From contig NMRA01000042.1 in NCBI GenBank assembly GCA_002633005.1, forward strand, positions 584,990 to 648,989: 64,000 bases of DNA, written 5' to 3'. The translations under genes were made by a program, and so were the position numbers. How positions within the stretch are numbered: position 1 is the stretch's first letter; each line of letters begins with the position of its first letter. The DNA comes from Phoronis australis (taxonomy: Eukaryota; Animalia; Phoronida). Below, in pieces: positions 36,015 through 48,130 of the stretch. A model generated the notes under the pieces. The model searched no databases, had not been told where the DNA came from, and saw only the letters and a program-made list of their open reading frames with translations.

Positions 36015-36261
36015 AATAAACTAACAGTAGTAAAATTCCTGGAGGTTTTTATATGGCCTTATACATGTATGTCCGTTGTTAGGTTGGCAGTACTGTACAC
36101 TATGGTTTGTGGGGTCTGGACTCTGTCTGTAAAGCTGGTCATCACTCTGGCTCCTCTAATTGGCCAGTACCTGTGCATTATATCTGAATATAATTTGGAC
36201 TCTTGGAAAATGAGGATTTTTAAATAGTTTTGAATTGTAGTCTCAGTGGTTTAGTAATAAA
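36015..36261 (+). terminator. Candidate PAN2 polyadenylation signals
   Basis: AATAAA at 36015-36020 and 36256-36261; the second is followed by GT-rich sequence. Confidence 0.55.
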
Positions 36262-36490
36262 CACCCTCTATGTGCTGGTGAAGTGGGTATGGTTTTCGTG
36301 GATTTTATTATCGAAATGCCGATTTTGGTATCGAAATGTGCATTGATGTGAGTGGCTCTTTCCTGGATTCAAAGGAAATGAAGTGAGTTCGCATCCACTG
36401 ATATTTGGTATATTGTTCCCATCTACAGGTAGGGTTTGGACTTTTGTGTTTCTATTAATTACTACTACTCAATGAAATATTTTCCCTTAA

Positions 36491-38961
36491 TCAACCTTCG
36501 TTGAAGAGAATACACATCTTATCGTAGTTGGAGTACAATCCTGCTGTACAATTGACAAGTCGCGTGCACGTTCCCAGACATGTGAGGCTTTGCACTACCT
36601 TCTCACGAAGCAGTTCCAATGCACCGATAGTTATCTCATTTGTAATTCTAAATAAGCCATTGGGTTCTTTAGCAAACGTTGTAATCTCTGGAACGAGAGT
36701 TGGTTGCGTTGTATCGTTCTCCGCCAATTGAGATGACGTGTTCGTCGAAGACTGAATAGCCACATGGACCGTTGCTTGGGTTGAGGTCATGTTCTCGAAA
36801 GTCTCAGCGACTGTCACGTTCTTAGCAAATGAATTTGTATTCATTAAGAAACTGGCTGTTGTCGCGTTCTCTGAGGAATGAGTTGTCGTCACATTCTTTG
36901 AGGACGATAATGTGTTCTTCGCTGTCACGTTCTCGTGCCGGGACATGATTTCTGAAGTGTTTTCCGAAAGGTGATTCGATTGGGTTGATGTCGCGATGTC
37001 CAAAGTCGGATCATGAGTAGTCGTTGTATTTGACGACTGAACTAATGTCGAAACCTCCAAACTTCGAGTTGTTGTTGAATGCGACGACTGGTTAGCTAAT
37101 GTCGCGATGTCCGAAGTCGCAGCAATTGTCGCTGTATCCGACGATTGGTCTAAAAGTGATACGTCCGAACTTTGAGTCGCCGTTGTAACCGTCGACTCAT
37201 TAGCTGAATTCATGACTTCCGAAGTTTGGGTTGTTGCAGTATCTGATGATGGATCTAATGTCGATACTTCCGAGCTTTGAGTCGTCGTTGTAGTCGTGGA
37301 CTCATTAGTTGAAACCATGGCGTCCGAAGTTTGGGTTGTTGTTTCTGAATCTGACGATTGATCTAATGTCAATATCTCCAAACTCTGAGTCGTCGTAATC
37401 GTCGGTTCATTGGTTGAAGTCAGGACGTCAGAAATTTGGGCTGTTGTTACTGTATCTGACGATTGACCCAATGTCGATTCTTCCGAAATTTGAGTCGTCG
37501 TAATCGTCAGTTCATTGGTTGAAGTCAGGACGTCCGAAATTTGGGCCGTTGTTGCTGTATGTGACGATTGACCCAATGTCGATTCTTCCGAAATTTGAGT
37601 CGTCGTAATCGTCGGCTCATTGGTTGAAGACAGGACATCCGATGTCTGGGTCGTTGTATAAGACAGTTGAGATGATGTCGAGATCTTCGCAGCTTCAGTC
37701 GCTGTATCCGACCACTGGGTTGAAGTTGTTACTGCATCCGGCGGTTGTATTGTATTTGCGTAACTTCCAGATGTCTGAGTAACGGTAATGTTAATCACTG
37801 AGCCTGGGGCCGTTGTCTGCATCCACACTGGACCTGGAAATAGATTTGAACCCCACGTACTTTTCGCTGTTGATATGTTGGAATTTTAACGAGCTATGTC
37901 TAGTTGACCAATTAATCTATCGCTGAAGTTCAATTACTATGATCTACAATAAACTGCACGTGCATCTTTTAAGGTTAAAACACAAATCCTTTTTAGCACC
38001 TTGCTACCTTCGAGACCCATTGGTTTTTGTCCTAGTAGGACAGTCAATAAAGCATGTTCAACCGAGTTGAGTCCCCAACACGCCTAGGAGTGTTAAATTT
38101 TGCGTCTGTATACTATACTTACCGTATGGTCTCACTATATTACAAACGATACTGTTCAAGACTGCTCTCCCCTTTTTTGTGTAACTTAACCTGGTCCTTG
38201 TATTTGAACTCATCATACCTCGGTTGTAGTTGGGTGATTTTGGCGATTCAAAATCTAAACATAATCAGCGTATGGCGAAGAATTTAGAAATGCTATTGGT
38301 TTATGTTCAAATACGTTATAACTTAACTTTTATTTTTAACAGCACAGCCCAGTCGGGCTAGATACGATCTTATTGGAGAATAAAGCAATTATCGAACAAA
38401 AGATAGCTGGCCCCCCTACTAAAAATTCCAGAATGGCAGTTTATCAGTCGTGTAATATATTGGCTACAGTGGTCCTCTCCTCAACTTGTTGTTGGGCTAA
38501 AGAATGCTATAGAATCGTACAAGTTGGGAGCAACTGGAAAACGCCGTAATGTCTTATTAAAGCCTCTGGTCCATTTTACATTTGCGGCTTTAAAAAGTGA
38601 CGAAGTAGGTTCAGTACATAAATCTGTCTTAGAACTTTCGTGCAGACCCGGACAATATATGTACGTGACTTCGAGCTGTGTTCTACGATTCACTCAGAAG
38701 CCTCGAAAAAACAGTGCAACTTCGTAACTTCACCTAGTAATGATATTGATAAGCACACATTGCACCTTTGCTTTGTTTGCTTCATTGCATCATATTGACA
38801 AATTTCAATTGAAATGTCGGGGTTTTACTTTTTGAAGTAGGAACGGCAAGAATTTGGTGAAGATCACAACCTTCGTTATATGTTTTCTAGTCACGTGCCT
38901 ACTTACCAAACAACGTGAAATAGAGTACACTGCGAAGAATGGTAGGTCTTTGCATTGCCAT
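36491..38961 (-). CDS. Secreted Thr/Ser-rich mucin-like protein with C-terminal PAN/apple-like Cys module (2 exons, ~465 aa)
   Basis: Exon 1 38961-38907 MAMQRPTILRSVLYFTLFG (signal-peptide-like, donor gtaagt); exon 2 37833-36491 after tttccag, phase-compatible; 35-aa T/S repeats, several NxT sequons, C-terminal CLGTCTRLVNCTAGLYSNYDKMCILF. Confidence 0.85.
37080..37660 (-). repeat. Coding tandem repeat, 105-bp (35-aa) unit
   Basis: tgagtcgtcgtaatcgtc recurs at 37386, 37491 and 37596; TITTTQISEESTLGQSS repeats in the protein. Confidence 0.85.
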
Positions 38962-39527
38962 TGCGTCCTGCGATGTGAAGCGGAGCGTTGCGGCTACCGC
39001 TATTCAAACACTAATTGGAACCAAAATTGATCAGGAGGATATCGATTATTTCAATTTGAAGTGACTCACGAACGTCAGTTGTATTATTTAGAAAGCAATG
39101 ATTTGTTCAGTCTCTAACGAGTATTGATCGACTTACGGGTCACAATACGCGTACCTTGTGCACTTTTCCCAAAAATTAGGTGAGCTCAAGACATGCTATC
39201 ACGTACAGTAGGCCTACCTGTAAAAGTATTGTAGTATAACCCGTAAAGATACGAAGAATGGTAAAATGCACAATTTGATAAACAAATAATTACAAGAACA
39301 ATTTTTGTGTTTCTTGATATTTTCTGTTTATTATTTTTCAATTAGTTCGTACACTAGTCTATGAACTATTTTTCCCTTGAGAGCTTCGTTTACGAATTAA
39401 TGGAGACAAAATTGGCCGTACGAACTATGAGAGACAAAAGTCGAGTGTTGTAATTATTAGAGATGAAGATCGACGATAACAACGAGTGCAACGACGGACT
39501 CCGAGACGGTGGTTTGGCAATGTGAAT

Positions 39528-39674
39528 CAGGGGCGGATCCAGGATTTTTAGTTAGGGGGGGGCAAGGCAAAGTATGTCAAGATTTTGTGCGTCAGAAATT
39601 AGCACCCCCGAACTGCCAAATGAAATTTGGGAGAGTTTTAGTGGGGCCTTGGTCCCCCTCTAAATTCGCCACTG
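39528..39674. mobile_element. Short GC-ended MITE
   Basis: Ends caggggcggat / attcgccactg; tgaat on both flanks. Confidence 0.6.
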
Positions 39675-40314
39675 TGAATTGTAACAATTACAACAAGTAA
39701 CAAATTATTTTCCCGGGTGATGGATTTACTTCAGAATATAATACTTGAACTCTTTGTTACTTTATTTTTCTCCCATGTTCGCAAACTTCAGGAACCACAC
39801 CGCCTTCGGAACCTCTTTCTGCGATGTCATCTGCCGCACTTATTTTCCGACTGCGGTGCACTAGATAAAACATGCATTCGAAAAAATCTGGCCTCAGAAA
39901 TATGACGGTGGTTTTGCCGACACACCCAATTCGGTTTAGAAGGGAAACTCTCGGATTTTGAAAAATTCTCAAACCTCACAGAAAGGTGTCAAGCTCGCCC
40001 TATTTTGATGAAATTCCTCCTCCTTAATTTTCTGGAAATGTATTTTGCCGGGTTACCGAAGATGCCGTGGCGACGGAAAGGACAGTGTGCCTCACAGGGT
40101 TAATTTGCTGTCTACGTTACTGGGTATTTATGTGTGATCTTGAAATAATAAAAAATGCAAGCCAGGTTTTGCGTTAGCAGATTTTACCATCGTCGCTGGC
40201 AGGTGTTGTTGTAGTGTGCCATTATGCTTAATTGAAATTTCTCGAAACTTAGCTTAATAGAGCAGTAGGCGCTTACCGGCGTATTTCCTAAAAAAATCAA
40301 AGGTGTTATAGACG

Positions 40315-41253
40315 CAGTGGCGGATCTAGGATATCACAAGGGGGGNNNNNNNNNNNNNNNNNNNNNNNNNNNNNNNNNNNNNNNNNNNNNNNNNNNNNNN
40401 NNNNNNNNNNNNNNNNNNNNNNNNNNNNNNNNNNNNNNNNNNNNNNNNNNNNNNNNNNNNNNNNNNNNNNNNNNNNNNNNNNNNNNNNNNNNNNNNNNNN
40501 NNNNNNNNNNNNNNNNNNNNNNNNNNNNNNNNNNNNNNNNNNNNNNNNNNNNNNNNNNNNNNNNNNNNNNNNNNNNNNNNNNNNNNNNNNNNNNNNNNNN
40601 NNNNNNNNNNNNNNNNNNNNNNNNNNNNNNNNNNNNNNNNNNNNNNNNNNNNNNNNNNNNNNNNNNNNNNNNNNNNNNNNNNNNNNNNNNNNNNNNNNNN
40701 NNNNNNNNNNNNNNNNNNNNNNNNNNNNNNNNNNNNNNNNNNNNNNNNNNNNNNNNNNNNNNNNNNNNNNNNNNNNNNNNNNNNNNNNNNNNNNNNNNNN
40801 NNNNNNNNNNNNNNNNNNNNNNNNNNNNNNNNNNNNNNNNNNNNNNNNNNNNNNNNNNNNNNNNNNNNNNNNNNNNNNNNNNNNNNNNNNNNNNNNNNNN
40901 NNNNNNNNNNNNNNNNNNNNNNNNNNNNNNNNNNNCACAGTGGAGCAGACGACGAAAACGGAGTCGTACTGCGCAGCGCCACTGCCGGTCGCCTGGGATA
41001 TCGCGGGAGAGCCTATCCTTTGCCATAGTTCCGTTACGAATGCGCCGTGTTCCGAATTTGACACTTGAAATTGGGTGTGAGCCCCCCCAACACTAAAACT
41101 GCACACATTTAAATCTTTTTTCATCCGTATAATTTTAATTACCGGGATTAATTAATAAACTCACCATTTCCCTACGCTCTTTCTGTTTTATTTTTTTTGC
41201 GGCAGCCAAGGGGGGGGCCGGGCCCCCTGGGCCCCCCCCTAAATCCGCCTATG
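40315..41253. mobile_element. MITE family copy spanning the assembly gap
   Basis: cagtggcggatctagg ... cctaaatccgcctatg; both ends and the subterminal block are shared with 49929-50256. Confidence 0.65.
40346..40935. other. Assembly gap (590 N)
   Basis: N run. Confidence 1.
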
Positions 41254-41742
41254 CAGACGTATACTATACGTGAATGTTTGTGGTAATAAGAAACTAAATG
41301 ACTGCAATAGTAAGAAATACTATTACGATACAATTTCTCGGGGCAAACAGCTCCGCCTAGTCCTGTCTGTAAAGATACAGTATAGTTTCCACCTACCTGT
41401 GTAGCCACCCAGAATAATTTAGTTTCTACACTGGCCAGCTTTAGCCGGAACAAAATTATTCCCATAGAATCGAGCCTGAAAAATCTACGTGGTCGACTGG
41501 CGACCCTGGGAATGAAAATTGGGGCTACTGTGAGGGGGTTGTACGGAGTGAGGAATGAAAAACATCGCTAGAAGGTACTGGCTACGGGCCTGGAACATCG
41601 AGCCTAGAGCCACGCTGGGCCCAAGGAATATCGCAAAGCAATGGGTCTTTTATAACCCCAGAGGGTCTAAGTTCATCATTGTCAAAAAATAACACTTGGG
41701 TCGCTGAAACATATCTGGTTCAGTGTCGAGCTGGCGTGCGTT

Positions 41743-41865
41743 CAGTAACGCTAGGACCTAGCTAAAATCTAGCCAAAGTCACGTGTTCTATTTAAAATAC
41801 ACGGCAATATCTCACGTCAAGAATCTCACGAAGTCTTGGTTTTTAGCGAGGTCCTAGCGTTACTG
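41743..41865. mobile_element. ~125-bp MITE with 25-bp TIR
   Basis: cagtaacgctaggacctagctaaaa / ttttagcgaggtcctagcgttactg; second copy at ~52126-52242. Confidence 0.8.
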
Positions 41866-42212
41866 CATGGGAGGCAGGTGTACTCTCTCAGTTAGCAATG
41901 TCGCTATTCTCGTTTGATGTGTGACTTTGAAGTGGCGCGCGTGTATGTTCCCACACTTGAATCGTTGGAGTGCATGTTATATTGACAGCAACATGAGTGA
42001 GTGACAGGAGACTCATACAGCTGTACATACGCGCGGTCTCTGCCCCAGAAAGTATAGTATGGCTGGAGAATTTGTTTGCCGTCTTGCCATAAAAAAGAGA
42101 CGCATTTACAAGTCGCGGTCTGTCGGGACATTGCGCGCAAACAGCGGGATCGACCAGTGCTGCAGTGAGATGATATTGTTGGGGATATTGTAATAGGCTA
42201 ATCAGGTCAGCT

Positions 42213-42948
42213 TGCATGAAAAATAAATCCATCTTACCAGAGATTACCAATTATACGTTATTTACCTGTATTCATTATGTTGTAACTGTACTAGTCATAA
42301 TAAATGACCTTATATCGCTTAGCTCCGTCTCATTTTCATCTCTGGTAACGCGCGTATCAGTTATCTACATGTATTATTCGGGACATATGTCGATCATAAA
42401 TGGTATTTAACTTGTGAAATATATTCATGTGAGCATATAGACCCGTCTTACTCCTTCCCGTCCCCCTCATTTGGGCTATTCCATTATTTCCTTTGTGTAG
42501 GACTACACGTCGTTTTCCCAGCCTTCGCATTGGTCTGTTGTTATCACGTGCCTCGAGTTTGGTCAGCTCTTGGATCTTGTAGGCTGATGATTGTCCCGTG
42601 TCATTAGGGCTGTTTTCTTTGTTATGCTAACCGCGCTTTCAGGTCATCTTTGTTCCGGCCACATTGTCGTACGTTCAAAAACTTATTCAATTGTCCCACC
42701 CTCTTCCTCCCAGTTTTCGTCATCCTCTCGTACCTCCATGTGGCCGGTGCTTTTTATTGCCCATCTTACCAGAGATTACCAATTATACGTTATTTACCTG
42801 TATTCATTATATTGTAACTGTACTGTAATAAATGACCATATATCGCCTACCTCCGTCTCCTTTTTATCTATGGTATCGAGGTTGCAGCGCTCGTATCTTT
42901 TATCTATTATTCGGGACATATGTCGATCATATATGTTTTTTTATCACA
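42213..42948 (-). repeat. Repeat-spacer-repeat element 3 (LTR-like)
   Basis: ~170-bp direct repeats at 42229-42397 and 42761-42930; candidate TG..CA ends. Confidence 0.75.
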
Positions 42949-43519
42949 AATTCGGTAAGTTGGTCACTAGTGAATGAAACATCGCTATGACGTTTTTAAT
43001 TTATCACGGCCGTGGTCCGAATTTTTTGCATGACAGTTTGTGATTCTTGGTTCACATACTGAGAAAACTACGAAAGTGTGTTTGTGCACAAATTCTAAGG
43101 AATAACTGTGAATGCCAAAGATGCTCATGTAATGTTTTTGGTTTAGTTTGAATTGCGAGTTAGATTTTGAGTTGGCCAGTTGGTTATTTCTGCAATATTA
43201 ATGTGATCTTTATCTTAACTGTTTTACCAGCATACAATTTATTTGTACACGAATTTATGACCCGGTTAATTCTGTGATCCAAATCCCGACGAAATGTGCG
43301 CATTCCGCTGAGATAGGGCTAGTGAAGATGACTAATTTGATTAATTCGCACACTAGACTATGGCTGAAGTTCTTCATAAGGACAGGAGTTCGTAGATCAT
43401 CAGCTTTTGATAGAATTTAGTGGACAATTTTCGTCAAAAATTTTACCAGGAAATGTTAATCAAAAAGGAGAAAAGAACAATGGATATGTGAGATCGAATA
43501 AAGTCCGTAGTGGTAGTAT

Positions 43520-43729
43520 GCCTTACCCTACCATAAGTTTTTAAAAAACACCCATCATCAAAATGTCTTGAACATATGTACAAAGTATTATTTTCATTAA
43601 CGTTTATACAAGACGTAAGGTTTTTCTCCCACAGCCGCTTATGGGGTCTCCATACGCTATGGAAGCTAACGCTTTGCAATTGCTTTTCGCCTCTGTGGCT
43701 GAACACCTGGCCACACAGCAACCGATCAT
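43520..43729 (-). pseudogene. Frameshifted THAP zinc-finger remnant (DNA-transposon derived)
   Basis: MIGCCVARCS / frameshift / VSFH...W...LYICSRHFDDGCF follows the C2CH THAP pattern. Confidence 0.7.
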
Positions 43730-43920
43730 GATTAGCAGACGACGTACTTGCCGGAAATAACACCCGATGATTAAGCCAGGTGACGCTAGTGAAAAATGAC
43801 GTAAGAGCTTGTGCGAAACAGCACAGATTTCGTCCGTTGAAAGTATACGGAGTTGGCGGTCCATGTACTATAGTCTATGGTGGTATTTTGATAATAGTCT
43901 TCATACAGCTAGCTGGCTAA

Positions 43921-44115
43921 GACACTCGCTGCCAACTGACTGTTGAGTCCTACGTGACCAGTGCACACGCTACCAAATGACTACATGACCAGGACACACG
44001 CTGCCAACTGACTACATGACAATAACACACGCTGCCAACTGGCTACGTCCGAGGAAACCCCGCTGCCAACTGACTACAGAATCAGGATATACGTTGCCAT
44101 CTTACTGCGTGACCG
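43921..44115. repeat. 31-bp minisatellite
   Basis: acacacgctgccaactgactacatgaccagg variants, about 6 units. Confidence 0.85.
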
Positions 44116-45074
44116 GTTTCCAATCTCCGTACTCAGACCCATACTCATAATCGAGATTTCATGACACTCAAAATCGTGCTCACTGGAGTCGTACTCAACA
44201 AAGCGTATTTAATGTCGCATTTCGAGTGGACACCAAACGTACATAGGCCTACTCCCAAATCTGAGAATCGTACTCGAGTTGCTATGGAACTCGTTATCAT
44301 GTGAAATGCAAAACGACACACAGTTTTGGATTCGGCGCTCCCTATTGGCAAATCCTACCCTATCAACTACATTGTCGTCTGCTCGTGTCGCTACAAGAGT
44401 GTACAACATGGAAAGGTGAGTGAGTGATCTGTAACTTACTAATTTAATTATTACTTTTTCCATTTACAACACAAAATTCTTATATAAAATATAGATTTCT
44501 TGATACATTTTCCGATTAAGCTTTACTTCTTGTGCTCCTTATTTTCCGCCGGAAATGTCTTGATGAACGTGTAAAAGCTTATCACATCAAATTCACGACC
44601 GGAGCGGTTACAGTCTCACTCTCGGTGGCTGATTTAGCCAGTGGTTAAAGGCGAAGGCAACCTTTTTTCATGTCACTGTTAGCAAAAATAAGGTTCGTTG
44701 ATTATGTCAGACACATTTTTCACTTTGACAGCTTTTTGTAATTGATTGATTTCTCGTCCTCTACTTCGGAAGTGACGTTTTGGGAGGCAAGACTTTTGCG
44801 CTAATGTCTTTTCTTTATAGTTTGACGTGAGAGCTGTCGAGGCAGTCGAAAGCGGCGCTTATTCAGCTTCCGGTGCTAAATCAAGCCTAAAACAGTATGC
44901 GGAACATAGAGAACACAATATCATGAAATGTTACACGTTTACCCTACAATTTTATGCCAGTTAATTGTGTGTTTGTCATTGACTATTTGACAGTTATGAA
45001 TGTCTATTAAGTCCGATGTATAATTCAAATTTTTCAATTCATTTCTATAATTAAGACCATAGGCCCACTGTACA

Positions 45075-45160
45075 AAAAATAGTTATAAGGCGGTCTGATA
45101 CACGTTGTATCAGACGTGCGCAGGCCTCGCATGTGGGTCCATTGCACTGATCACCTGGAA
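45075..45160 (-). mobile_element. Divergent 3'-end fragment related to the same LINE
   Basis: Reverse complement caggtg..gtgcaatgg..gaggcctgcgcacgtctgat..atcagacc matches the other two copies. Confidence 0.65.
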
Positions 45161-45224
45161 ATATTTTTATGCTTTATTGATATATGGTTAAAACCGAGCT
45201 GGGGAGCTAGAAACCTGGCTCAAG

Positions 45225-45312
45225 GGTTTAGCAGTGTGACCTGGTGGGACTTGAACCCACGACCTCGAGTAAAGAAAGCGGGCACTTAACAACCAGGCCA
45301 CACTGCCTCCTC
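45225..45312 (-). mobile_element. tRNA-derived SINE head
   Basis: Reverse complement has A box tggcctggttgtt and B box ggttcaagtcc; no proper anticodon arm. Confidence 0.65.
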
Positions 45313-45334
45313 CAAAAAATAGTTACTTTAGAGT

Positions 45335-45615
45335 GCACTAAGTTATCACGGAGGCGAAAAGCGTATAATACCTTTTTACACAAGTTAACTAATTGAGCAT
45401 CACCAATTGTTGACAATCTGTTGAATTTAAAAAAGACGGAAAATTCCAGTAGTGCAGTTCAATATAATTTTCTCTCAGTTCAGAATATTTATCACAGCTT
45501 ACTAGAAGGTAATGATACTCGTCTTCTAGAACATTGGGGCAGAAGGTACACACTCTGTTTGCCCTATCCAAATTCAAGTGCCTGCCTAATTTAATCATGA
45601 GATTGAGAACTTTGA
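45335..45615 (-). mobile_element. Non-LTR retrotransposon ORF2 C-terminal fragment (RTEX-like CCHC)
   Basis: LGRHLNLDRANRVCTFCPNVLEDEYHYLLVSCDKYSELRENYI, then frameshift. Confidence 0.75.
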
Positions 45616-45753
45616 ATCAATACTAGATCACGGCAACATTGTACCAAGGAGTGTAGTAGTATAGGAGAGTTCACTTGTGAGTTCGCTGTTACCGCTACCA
45701 CTAGCGCCGCCAAGTGGTGAACAAGCAACTCTCAACCAGGAAGCGCCAAAACA

Positions 45754-46725
45754 ATGGGGAAGGACGCATTTTGCAGTGCGATAAATTTCATGAATTCATC
45801 CACGAAAACTCCAGACGTATCATTTTTTAGGTTTCCTAAGGATCCCAAAAGGTAAGGATTATCTGTTATTCAATAAAATGATACATTGGCTTTCATTTTG
45901 TGTGTTCTGTTCACGGTTGTGTCTAGACAAGTCGATCACAGTCCCGTTGCCACAGACACTGTTCTGTTGTCTGCAGTGTAGGCTAGGGCCTACTGTACAA
46001 CCGGGCTGCCGGCGGAAGGACTATGATGAACGTACGATGTGATCGTCAGCTTTTTGAATACTTGCAGTCCATCAATTCCAAATCCAAATGTCACCCGTAC
46101 GATCGCAGGGACAATTTTAGGAAAACATACCCATGCCCATGATGGCCATGAGTAATCATGACTGGTGACACAGCCATGGCCGGGCACAATCACAGCCACA
46201 GGGCCACTAAGTCTGTCATGAGTCAAGTTAGCGAATCTGTGGGTCTCGGTGAAAAGGTGAAAATCCGAACTTAATTTTAATGTGCCGGTTGGACCAATTA
46301 AGTTAAGCAGTGCGTCATTGAAACTACTTAATTCTATGTGTCAATGATGCGGGGGCGCGGCCCTGTTAAAATATCCGTGGATCAACATTTGAGTCCGAAT
46401 TTTTTTCAGTTGACACCAAAACGCTTTTGTCTCTATCACAATCACAGTACGACAGGAATTCTGTAGTGCAGTGTACTTTAGTGTAGGCTACCAGTCTTCT
46501 GTGAACCTAGTGAGTATGAGGTTTGTTCCTGAGTCTCTCAGTCATTGATTTCTGTTCAGGTGCAAGCGCTGGGAGCTGACCTTATGAATAGAGATGCAAC
46601 CTATTTGTCCAAGAACCGCAAGTTATGCTCTCATCACTTCGAGGAGTCCATGTTCATGAATGAAGAACAAGCTGGTATTGACTGCAGTGCCCGAACAATA
46701 TTTGATGTTCCGAATCCACCAAAAA
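45754..46725 (+). pseudogene. Intron-containing decayed THAP domain (THAP12/PRKRIR-like hAT transposase N-terminus)
   Basis: Exon 45754-45851 MGKDAFCSAINF...SFFRFPKDPK, donor gtaagg; exon from 46560 RCKRW / frameshift / ADL...KLCSHHFEESMF...AVP / TIFDVPNPP; second Cys lost. Confidence 0.78.
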
Positions 46726-48130
46726 TGAAGATGTCATGGTCAAAAAGTTCTTCGGAAATTATATTACAGCTCTGGAATAGGCTTTTTTGCATTTCTGATT
46801 ATCGTCTCACAAAGCAAGTACTGGAACATCACGTGTAGAAAGGACAATTAGTCCGCAAAATCTGGTTTTCGTATTTTACTAAGGTTGATCAGATTGAAAC
46901 ATTTTATGAATGGTTAGCCTGGAGAGAGTCAAAGTGAAACTGTCTGATGGATCATTCAGAGTCTGAGTGGTGGGCTGAAATGTTGTTAAACCCAAGCTAT
47001 CCGTATCATTTTGCTTCTCAATGACAAACACCTCTGTGAGTAAATTACTTTCAGCTTTATTTATAACGCATTTCTTTGGCGAAAAGTGCTGTTGTTTGCT
47101 AGTGAATTAATAGAGAGTGACAAGGTTGGTCAGATTTTCTTGTTGTATTGGTTGGTGTATGTGTTGCCTGTTTTGTACGTTTTTTTCGAGAGTGTCGCAA
47201 CGGGAGACACCAAGAAGTATGTCTAAATATCTTCTGTAATGTTTCTATCTAGCCATTACACTCATTGTTAATAACCACAATACAGGGGGCCTCGCTGGAA
47301 GGTGGCCGGAGAATGGGACGCCTATATTAATATAGAGGCCTCGCCTTTGAGGCCCGAAAGTCAATTTTTGCCTATGAGTTTTTAATAAGAATAAATCATT
47401 TTAAGTAATAAGGTGTTCTACCTGTTTATCCGAATTGCATTATATGATTGTACGCGTTTTTAACTTAGCTTTCTGAATAAAAATTACATATACATGTAAT
47501 TAACTTAAATTATTGCTTATAACACGACTCCTAACTAAGGATATTGTCAACCTTTGTCGGCGCCACCCACGTTTTGTCAAATAACTTTAACAATTCAATA
47601 TCAAACTACAGAAGTGTGTTTTCTGAGTACTCAATGGCAGATGAACCTGAATTTGTGCACTAACATTTCAAGCCTTTGTTCTGAGTCACCTTACCTTTTT
47701 TGTTAAAATTTCTTTTTAAAGTGTTTTTGTTTTAAACATGAATTTCTAAGTCAATCCTAGAACAGGGAAATTCATGATTCCATTGTACATTTTTACCTTC
47801 AATTAGCAGGGCAAAAAAGATCATTTTTCTATTTATTCAACAGGATATTTTCAACGTGTGATTTTTGATGTTTGTCGTAGTAGCCCTTAATTTTTAAAGG
47901 CTGATATCTCTGTAAATCGACGCTAACTCAAAACAACATTACCTCCACTTAAGAGCATATAACAAGTGTACAACTTTCATGCGAATCACCCACGACGTTT
48001 TGAAGAAAACCATGCTCAAAACTTATCTCAAAAACTAACTCTCACACGATTCAGAATACTTCTTTGATATTTCTAAGTACAGTTTCTGGTTCGCCTTTTA
48101 TTGAGGATTACAAAATATATACTTTCACAG

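Noticed and set aside
40306-41124. Long ORFs of 218-272 aa in the ORF track
   Set aside because: Artefacts of translating through the 590-N gap.
42584-42620. Hammerhead ribozyme core (ctgatga) in the repeat-spacer-repeat element
   Set aside because: No stem II followed by GAAA, and no equivalent core seen in the other two elements.
45225-45312. Functional tRNA gene (also 22785-22860)
   Set aside because: A/B-box-like motifs are present but the acceptor and anticodon stems do not form; treated as SINE heads.
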